This document shows positions 59,101 to 64,000 of a stretch of DNA of 64,000 nt, piece after piece. The translations under genes and the position numbers were made by a program. Where the stretch lies: IMG/VR virus record IMGVR_UViG_3300025066_000007; one strand, written 5' to 3'. The number at the start of each line of letters is the position of its first letter. Position 1 is the stretch's first letter. The notes below the pieces were generated by a model. The model was not told the DNA's origin, did no database searches, and saw nothing but the letters and a program-made list of their open reading frames with translations. Origin of the DNA: a virus (taxonomy: Duplodnaviria; Caudoviricetes).

Positions 59101-61420
59101 AGAGGTTCTCTTCTTCATTTAGTCCGGAATAGCCATAAAGGCTTATGGTGAAATCAGATGCATCCGCAATAATCTTTGAGGCTATTGAGTCAGAATCTTT
59201 GATAAAAATAGATAAGGATAAGTTATACTTTCCGGAGTGTATAGTTACATATTCTGATTTAATATTTGTAAACTTAAATACTTCTCCGGAATCTAGACTC
59301 AATCCTATCTCTAAATCACTTGGATCAGCCGAGATCTTCTGAATAGAAAGTTCACCGGGAGTTGATTTGGCGTACGGAGTTATGTCTCCTGAGAAATCTG
59401 CAATTGCAACTAGATTCTCAGATCCAAGGTATGTCTGATACCCATATGACAGCCTTTCTTTATAGAAAATTGAGCGGCTATCTCTATCCATAAGGACATC
59501 TACGATAGACGCAGAGGAATCGCCTCCCGGCAAGACCTTAAACGCCATTTCGTTCAAAGAGACTGAGTTTCTATAAATCGTAAATAATGTATCATTACTG
59601 GTTACGCTTGACCACTGATTGCTTGGAAGCTGAGTTCTATCTACAGCGAAAGAAGAAGTGCTTACATCTAATATTACATAAGTTCCGTCATCACCAGCTG
59701 ATTCTGATATTACAAGAATATCTCCATTTCTAACGCCTATTGCCTCGAAGTCTATAGAGCTAGAGGATACAGATGCGGTTCCAGACAAAAGAACTAATCC
59801 GAAGGCAGAAAGCTTTGTGCTCAAGCCTGTAAAGTCTTTTCCTTGAATTGAATATTGGGTTCCTATTTCCGAAGTTACCGTTAGGCCCTCAACGCCAGAG
59901 AGGCCAATGGATCCTATTGCGTCATCGGAGCCCTTTGAGATCTTTATTGTATGCTCTTCCGTTGTGGAGCTTGGAATGGAGTGAATTAACGCAATTTCTG
60001 ATGCCCTACCTGCGTCAAAGTCTACTCGATAAGCCGTTACACTCATTCTGTTTTCTGCAAATTGAGCGTTAAAAGCTTTAGCAATAGAATCAATAGACTG
60101 GCTATCTCCAGTCAGAGCAAGAGCTCCATCATAGAGGTCCACTTCTACGCTCGATGCACCATCTAAAGATATCTTAAGATATCTGTTCGTTAGACTGATT
60201 TCTGCTGGACGAATTCCGTTAGTAATTACGTTTGCAGAATTTGGGTTTGAAATCTGAATAACATCTGCATTACTATAAGAGATAAGCCCAGAAGACTGGT
60301 ATTCTCTTGCGGCAAGTAGGAGCCCAACTGGCTCGGACTCTCTGTTCCTATTTCGGTAGACTTTAGCGGTAGTTCCAGTTTCAGAAGAGGCAGAGAAAGA
60401 TCCGTAGATGTCAATGCTTTCCAGAGTTTTTCCGTCAATAGATAAGTTCGCTCTTAAAATTTGGAAAGAAGAAGTTTCTCCGGAAATAGTAATTTCTAAA
60501 ATATCAGAAGCCTCTATGGATAGACTTGGGGCATCAGGAGAGTCTAGAAGTAGTACATTAGAAATGAAGCTATCTGCATCAGTATTTGATTTCTGGTATG
60601 AAACATCTTCTTCGCCCAGAAGGAGGATTCCCTTTGTAGGGGTTGAAACATCTGATAAGACATTTGATCTTAATACTGAATTTGCATGATATAGATTCTG
60701 ATGATTATCGACCTGTCCTTCGACCAAGTCAACAATTTCCTCTATTACCTCTTGAACGTCATCTCCGCTAATAGAAGCAGAAACATTTTCATTATCAAAG
60801 TATAGCTGCGAACTTGTATGGGACCTGTTTGCCGAGGTTATATCTGTACCGCTATAATTAATGTGCGAATCATACAGCTGTTGAAAAGCTTCTTGCGCAG
60901 TAACTTCTTTTGAAGTTGTTATTCCGATATCTGATGGAGCGCTTAGTATCTCTTCGACAACTATTGCCTTGCCCTTATGCCTATTCGTAGCTGAAGGGTG
61001 GACGTGAGTGGCATATAAAGCGCTTAGCTCATCTATTACAGACTCTAGCAAGCCCAACTGCAAGTCTAGCTGAGAAATCTCATCTTGCAATAATTTAGTG
61101 GGAAAGTTTAAGCGTAATTTGGACTCTGCAATAGCAGCTGCCTTCGATACATCCTCGTTAGAAATAGGCCCAGATAATAGGCCAGCCTTATCTAACGCCT
61201 CGGATAAAATGTTTCCATTTCCATCTAGAGCCTTCTCCAGCCTTCCGGCTACGGAATTTCCTGCAGCGCCCTGCGGATTTATGCCTAATGTCCTTTCTAT
61301 CTGAAATATAGCAGAACGAAGACTATTAAGCACATCGGATCCGATCTCTATGATGTTATCTCTAACGGCAGGGATTTCTATTGATGTGTCCAGTTTATTT
61401 GGATAGTTTGATTTCGCCAT
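56177..61420 (-). CDS. Tail fibre/spike protein B: beta-helix domain, VGIGT-type fibre repeats and a C-terminal chaperone-like domain
   Basis: VHLKSGTH, VNIVGEGESTVL, ISISNCEF, ISITNNNF; KIGIGA/RVGVGTDTP/NVGLENSSP repeats; ends FTGQH...GDYITT...GYG...LHNYTVAKIT...AFVGCTYHCG. Confidence 0.78.
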   Translation of the reverse strand: MAKSNYPNKLDTSIEIPAVRDNIIEIGSDVLNSLRSAIFQIERTLGINPQGAAGNSVAGRLEKALDGNGNILSEALDKAGLLSGPISNEDVSKAAAIAESKLRLNFPTKLLQDEISQLDLQLGLLESVIDELSALYATHVHPSATNRHKGKAIVVEEILSAPSDIGITTSKEVTAQEAFQQLYDSHINYSGTDITSANRSHTSSQLYFDNENVSASISGDDVQEVIEEIVDLVEGQVDNHQNLYHANSVLRSNVLSDVSTPTKGILLLGEEDVSYQKSNTDADSFISNVLLLDSPDAPSLSIEASDILEITISGETSSFQILRANLSIDGKTLESIDIYGSFSASSETGTTAKVYRNRNRESEPVGLLLAAREYQSSGLISYSNADVIQISNPNSANVITNGIRPAEISLTNRYLKISLDGASSVEVDLYDGALALTGDSQSIDSIAKAFNAQFAENRMSVTAYRVDFDAGRASEIALIHSIPSSTTEEHTIKISKGSDDAIGSIGLSGVEGLTVTSEIGTQYSIQGKDFTGLSTKLSAFGLVLLSGTASVSSSSIDFEAIGVRNGDILVISESAGDDGTYVILDVSTSSFAVDRTQLPSNQWSSVTSNDTLFTIYRNSVSLNEMAFKVLPGGDSSASIVDVLMDRDSRSIFYKERLSYGYQTYLGSENLVAIADFSGDITPYAKSTPGELSIQKISADPSDLEIGLSLDSGEVFKFTNIKSEYVTIHSGKYNLSLSIFIKDSDSIASKIIADASDFTISLYGYSGLNEEENLLLGRVLYEAGNSRITGAGGDYPRPFGKLRKGSIGTKDIGTDVLHKLYQEPLSETRSNGVIRGLEVTQVTDNGTTYTVSISSGVCYVRGKRFELDEISDYITDVETGGPPVSVDKFYVGINQWGEVTFRAPDPASCDCPFSPYDYSILASAENDGSDIDIIDFRLFIDNLDLRILNSITVSPQAGMGHFSDINKALKYAKRFSQAFPKAGIPTVHLKSGTHQVVTEMDLALADYTPREAADVQPAYDGGIWLNFPVNIVGEGESTVLDLVRTFANADIADDDRDRIDAESVMNNWMYIAGAGLDSSAPDGDSDTLISGVINIRDLKFNHSGILIFDPTIEDGGSKLNFSINIENVIFDRANRAIFDQYNYGILVQGLDTSSGVKAGNISISNCEFLNTHIKTNSYDSADHCNISITNNNFRGSGDGVVDGEDHYAIFVSGSGHIFDFEDSPSENNIEFRGNTASDSTGNSSSPTPDAAGTHLWGDRISRNLSAGKKIGIGAAVEPHHPNLLIHRGGPSDTTSILHAGDTPATASIVSFDSSVIEDAFLSVGANANSNTVIGRFRALDDGSNSKVTIGTITNHKLELNTNNNLAIVIDESQRVGVGTDTPFGLLTVQSAAAAYDASDASGYAISDYHTIISQYGNDTGSEIGIGFRISASQDVTDRVGASITHERVGGHSQGKLHFKTKASTTDSGYAQTRMTIGEDGNVGLENSSPRAKLTVIQNVPSPSLATGGESGRGIELAAHSGNQTEACAIYYTAAADPIGAPTGLYFDFTTNGVNYPTKAYVSSTATPGELDFTGQHRSDSDPALKNVENIGLIVSSLGEYINLDLSVKAEINEALPTVGLASKRKDKKAYGVISNIEDSGERREYASGSFVSVLSKKDDRLIINALGEGGIWVCNINGDFENGDYITTCEIPGYGMLQDDDLLHNYTVAKITCDCTFDLDSETYDCLEFEHDGQTYRKAFVGCTYHCG

Positions 61421-61480
61421 TAATTTAATCCACTTGATTCCATTATAATTACTTCATGTAATTAAGTTTAATTAGTAATA

Positions 61481-61945
61481 TTATGGCGATGTAGATATAG
61501 CGAGGTCTGTAGCGCCATCCGCCAGAAGGAAAGACCCAATAGTTAGAGCAACTCCTAAAGATAAAAATCCTATATTTTCTACAGTTTGCAGCCGATCTCT
61601 CTTTCTATATTTATCAAGAAGATTTCGATCTAAAAGTTGAAGATCTTTATATCTGCTAATTTGACTTAGGTAAAATCCTTCATTTAATACGTAAAAATCA
61701 ATTTGCTGTAGCCTAACCTCTTCAAGCTCCTTGTACTTGTTGAGCTCTTTGGAGGCTGCGGCTAAATCTTTCTCTAAGTCTTCAATTTGTTTCTTTAGGT
61801 TGGTTGCCTCAGCAATCGTAAAAACATAAGACTCCTCTTCCAGCACTGCTCCTGCTGGACGAATGTCTCCGGCATAGCTGTTATTAGCAAGAGATAAAAA
61901 TGCGAAAAAAATTATGCAGCAAAATAAAGGAAGCTTTTTTATCAT
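61481..61945 (-). CDS. Secreted coiled-coil membrane protein, spanin-like
   Basis: Signal peptide MIKKLPLFCCIIFFAFLSLANNSYA, central coiled coil, C-terminal hydrophobic helix GFLSLGVALTIGSFLLA. Confidence 0.5.
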   Translation of the reverse strand: MIKKLPLFCCIIFFAFLSLANNSYAGDIRPAGAVLEEESYVFTIAEATNLKKQIEDLEKDLAAASKELNKYKELEEVRLQQIDFYVLNEGFYLSQISRYKDLQLLDRNLLDKYRKRDRLQTVENIGFLSLGVALTIGSFLLADGATDLAISTSP

Positions 61946-62136
61946 AACTGAATTTCAATGTCTCCAAGAAATGGGCCTTCTTCGACTAGCTCCGGATCAA
62001 TTAGGCCCGAAAACTCTTTGATATCAATCAGCAAATGATCTTTCGAGCGAATACTTCCCGCTAAGGCGATTAATCGATCTTTAATCTCTCCGTCTTTAGC
62101 ATAATCTATTAAAAAAGTTATTTTATCTATCATCAA
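61942..62136 (-). CDS. Small hypothetical protein (64 aa)
   Basis: Overlaps both neighbours by 4 nt (ATGA-type coupling). Confidence 0.55.
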   Translation of the reverse strand: MMIDKITFLIDYAKDGEIKDRLIALAGSIRSKDHLLIDIKEFSGLIDPELVEEGPFLGDIEIQL

Positions 62137-62495
62137 AGTCCTCTGCTATCGAAAAATTCGTCAAGCTCTTCATTCGAAACTTCTTTTGGAGCCTCCTCCC
62201 TTTCGGCTTCGGAAATTTCGGCTATCTCCTTTTTTATTCTGTCAGCTTTCTCTTTCAGACTTAGAAGTTTTTCACTGTTTTTTTTAACTTCACTTGCAGC
62301 TTTTTCAATCTCAATTTCCTTACGTACCTTTTTCAGCTCTACTTCTAAGATGCCCTTTGTATTAGCTTTTTTGCTAAAAACAAAAAATAAAATAGCTCCA
62401 AGTATTCCAAATAATGCTCCAAAGAATATCTTAATTTTTAGTCCAAGATTTTTAAACCATTCAAAAACAGGGTTTGGGGCTTTTTTCTTACTCAT
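62133..62495 (-). CDS. i-spanin (Rz)-like protein: N-terminal TM helix plus coiled coil
   Basis: Likely start ATG 62495 overlapping the holin-like stop; TM IKIFFGALFGILGAILFFVF; Lys/Glu-rich coiled coil; acidic C-terminus. Confidence 0.55.
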   Translation of the reverse strand: MSKKKAPNPVFEWFKNLGLKIKIFFGALFGILGAILFFVFSKKANTKGILEVELKKVRKEIEIEKAASEVKKNSEKLLSLKEKADRIKKEIAEISEAEREEAPKEVSNEELDEFFDSRGL

Positions 62496-62748
62496 CTTTG
62501 CCTTCTTTCTTTTCCTCTGTAACAAACTTCTTATCTGTCCAGCGCCTTGTTACATATGCAGTGAAGGTTGCTGCCAAATAAGCAGTCATAGTTGCGGCCT
62601 CCATAGATGCAAACTTTATCTCAAAAGAATTATACGTTATATTTCCGAATGTAGCCAGTAAAATGTTAAGAGTAACTACTAGAAATGCAAAAAAAGCAAA
62701 GGTTAACATTGCATCCTTCTTGCCTGATGTATTTTTTATCCAAAGCAT
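62488..62748 (-). CDS. Holin-like protein (2 TM helices)
   Basis: 86 aa, two hydrophobic helices, highly charged C-tail KKFVTEEKKEGKDE, AAGGAG RBS (62757-62762). Confidence 0.62.
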   Translation of the reverse strand: MLWIKNTSGKKDAMLTFAFFAFLVVTLNILLATFGNITYNSFEIKFASMEAATMTAYLAATFTAYVTRRWTDKKFVTEEKKEGKDE

Positions 62749-62764
62749 GATATTATCTCCTTGG

Positions 62765-62812
62765 TTATAAATTTAAAATTTATAAAAGTTGTCAAACTAA
62801 AATTTAGTTTGA
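62765..62812. promoter_or_regulatory. Two adjacent 21-bp palindromes upstream of the holin-like gene
   Basis: TTATAAATTT-A-AAATTTATAA (62765-62785) and TCAAACTAAA-A-TTTAGTTTGA (62792-62812). Confidence 0.45.
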
Positions 62813-62817
62813 AATAA

Positions 62818-62839
62818 GACCTTGCCATATAACAAGGCC
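62818..62839 (-). terminator. Possible weak intrinsic terminator after the neck gene
   Basis: Minus strand GGCCTTG-TTATATGG-CAAGGTC followed by TTATTTC; 7-bp stem with one G-U pair. Confidence 0.4.
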
Positions 62840-62861
62840 AACCTTCTATAACGTAACTTTT

Positions 62862-64000
62862 TTACAGGACAAACGGAAACGTGTAGACCAGATCCGTCTT
62901 ATCTAATCTCTTTAAGGCCAAGCGCTGCCTTGTATAATGTCTGAAAAACAGCTTATCTTTAGTTGTATTTAAAACTTCATAAACAAATTCAACGTCATTG
63001 TTAAAGTCAAATCTAACTACAAGATCTCGATCTTTTATAGCCGGACTAGGAAGAGTCCAGCAGCTGGGCTCATACATTTGCTCCAGATGACTTTGAGCTC
63101 CAAGCTTCAGGTCTTCTTGGGTATCTCCGAATTGAATCATGACTCGACCATCCGACCTTCTTCTATAGTCATATTGCTGATAGCCTCCATCATATCCCGT
63201 ACCATAACAAAGCTTGCACCCCTTAACCTTAGGGTGCATTCTTCTGGGGTCTGAACAGCTGCATGTTTCTCCGTCCCAAATTCTTTTTAGAAGAATTGTT
63301 GGTTCGCCAACTTGATCAAGCAGAACCTCTTCTCTATTCAGCATTCTGTCGAATAAATTCATTCCTCTAAATCCGTTAAATTCTCCTCCTAAATAACTTC
63401 CACAATCATTCGTTCCTTGCAAAATCTGTTGAGGTATAGCCTTGTGATATCCGCAGAAGTCAAATCCTTGGAAAAACTTTCTGTCATTATCAGAATAATC
63501 AGTTACAACAAGGCCTGTTCCGTTAATTTCACGTCCACTAGAATATCCATCGACGTAGGTTGGCGTTCCCATGACTATTGAGGTATTCTTATCTTGGCAT
63601 GCAAAAAACATTTTTACAGAATCACCTTCAATGAAAATCCCCTTGCTTGTGCCGTTTAGCCCTCTGCCGTTCGTCGGGAGAAGAAAAGAGGTGTCGGTCT
63701 TGCCGGTATATCTTATAACTTCAGAGTCGTCTAATATTAAAATTCCAGCGGATGGATATCCCTCTGTGGAACTTACATTAATAATCGTATCGCTAGACAA
63801 AACCTGAGAGGCGATCGTGATATCTGCGGGAATCTCATAAACTCCTGCAGATTTCTCTGTCATTCCGCTTAACTGGAGATTTCCGCTAAAAGCCTCAAGA
63901 GCTCTTACTGCGTAAGAAAGGGTTAGCCCTGGGGTCAGGCCAGATACGTCGTAATGAGTTACGGTGTCGTCGGCAATATATTTAGGAGTAGAGTCAAAGA
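62862..64000 (-). CDS. Neck/head-completion protein with a Zn-finger-like motif and an N-terminal FN3-like domain (5' end outside the window)
   Basis: The frame stays open from 63863 to the window end (FDSTPKYIADDTVTHYDVSGLTPGLTLSYAVRALE, an FN3-type signature); CSCSDP...CKLCYGTGYDGGY; WTLPSPAIKDRDLVVR...YEVLNTT...RQRLALKRL. Confidence 0.7.
   Translation of the reverse strand, partial: FDSTPKYIADDTVTHYDVSGLTPGLTLSYAVRALEAFSGNLQLSGMTEKSAGVYEIPADITIASQVLSSDTIINVSSTEGYPSAGILILDDSEVIRYTGKTDTSFLLPTNGRGLNGTSKGIFIEGDSVKMFFACQDKNTSIVMGTPTYVDGYSSGREINGTGLVVTDYSDNDRKFFQGFDFCGYHKAIPQQILQGTNDCGSYLGGEFNGFRGMNLFDRMLNREEVLLDQVGEPTILLKRIWDGETCSCSDPRRMHPKVKGCKLCYGTGYDGGYQQYDYRRRSDGRVMIQFGDTQEDLKLGAQSHLEQMYEPSCWTLPSPAIKDRDLVVRFDFNNDVEFVYEVLNTTKDKLFFRHYTRQRLALKRLDKTDLVYTFPFVL

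Larger units (their letters stand above)
1..64000 (-). mobile_element. Virion morphogenesis (neck-tail-baseplate-fibre) region of a large contractile-tailed bacteriophage, likely a jumbo phage
   Basis: 64 kb of tightly packed, co-oriented minus-strand genes in canonical myovirus order (neck, terminator, sheath, tube, chaperones, tape measure, hub, spike, gp25, baseplate J); holin-like gene; no cellular genes. Confidence 0.88.

Noticed and set aside
21226-60438. Short alternative-frame minus-strand ORFs (21226, 35324, 36311, 37145, 37412, 42220, 43124, 56671, 60226; also 7677)
   Set aside because: Nested in or overlapping larger same-strand genes, with no recognisable motif, lipobox or RBS
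62133-62495. Rz1-like lipoprotein embedded in the Rz-like gene
   Set aside because: No alternative-frame minus-strand ORF with a lipobox was found there
331-63807. The many + strand ORFs (60-211 aa) in the track
   Set aside because: Nearly all lie antisense within long minus-strand genes, lack RBS or domain motifs and read as codon-mirror shadow ORFs
1-64000. Interpretation as a chromosomal eCIS/tailocin (Afp/PVC/R-pyocin) locus
   Set aside because: No Afp15-type AAA ATPase or Afp16-type cap, no flanking host genes, and a neck/head-completion-type gene is present. A phage is more likely, though capsid and terminase genes lie outside the window so it is not formally excluded
1-64000. CRISPR arrays, tRNA/rRNA genes, IS elements, inteins or introns
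   Set aside because: No spaced direct-repeat array, cloverleaf, transposase or intein splice motifs were seen by eye; intergenic space is minimal

Overview
The window is almost entirely one minus-strand gene block encoding the tail, baseplate and neck of a large contractile-tailed (myovirus-type, probably jumbo) bacteriophage. It uses standard genetic code 11 with GGAG-type RBSs. In transcription order (64000->1): an FN3-bearing neck/head-completion protein (5'-truncated by the window), a small holin/spanin-like membrane cassette, two paralogous long fibre/spike proteins, small accessory proteins, tail terminator, an enlarged 1093-aa sheath, tail tube (followed by an intrinsic terminator), two tail-assembly chaperone ORFs joined by a -1 slippery site plus a perfect 12-bp hairpin, a short tape measure, tube initiator, hub, gp5-like spike, a 2532-aa protein with a strongly hydrophobic helical core, a 660-aa unknown, gp25-like, baseplate J-like, a 3182-aa LamG/Ig wedge-like protein, a 1529-aa dockerin-bearing protein, a frameshifted repeat-gene relic, then three clear GT4 glycosyltransferases, a PcfJ-like protein and a probable fourth glycosyltransferase (3'-truncated). 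No capsid, portal, terminase, endolysin, tRNA/rRNA, CRISPR or host housekeeping genes are visible. All family assignments come from motif recognition and synteny by eye; no database search was run. The + strand ORFs in the track look like shadow ORFs.
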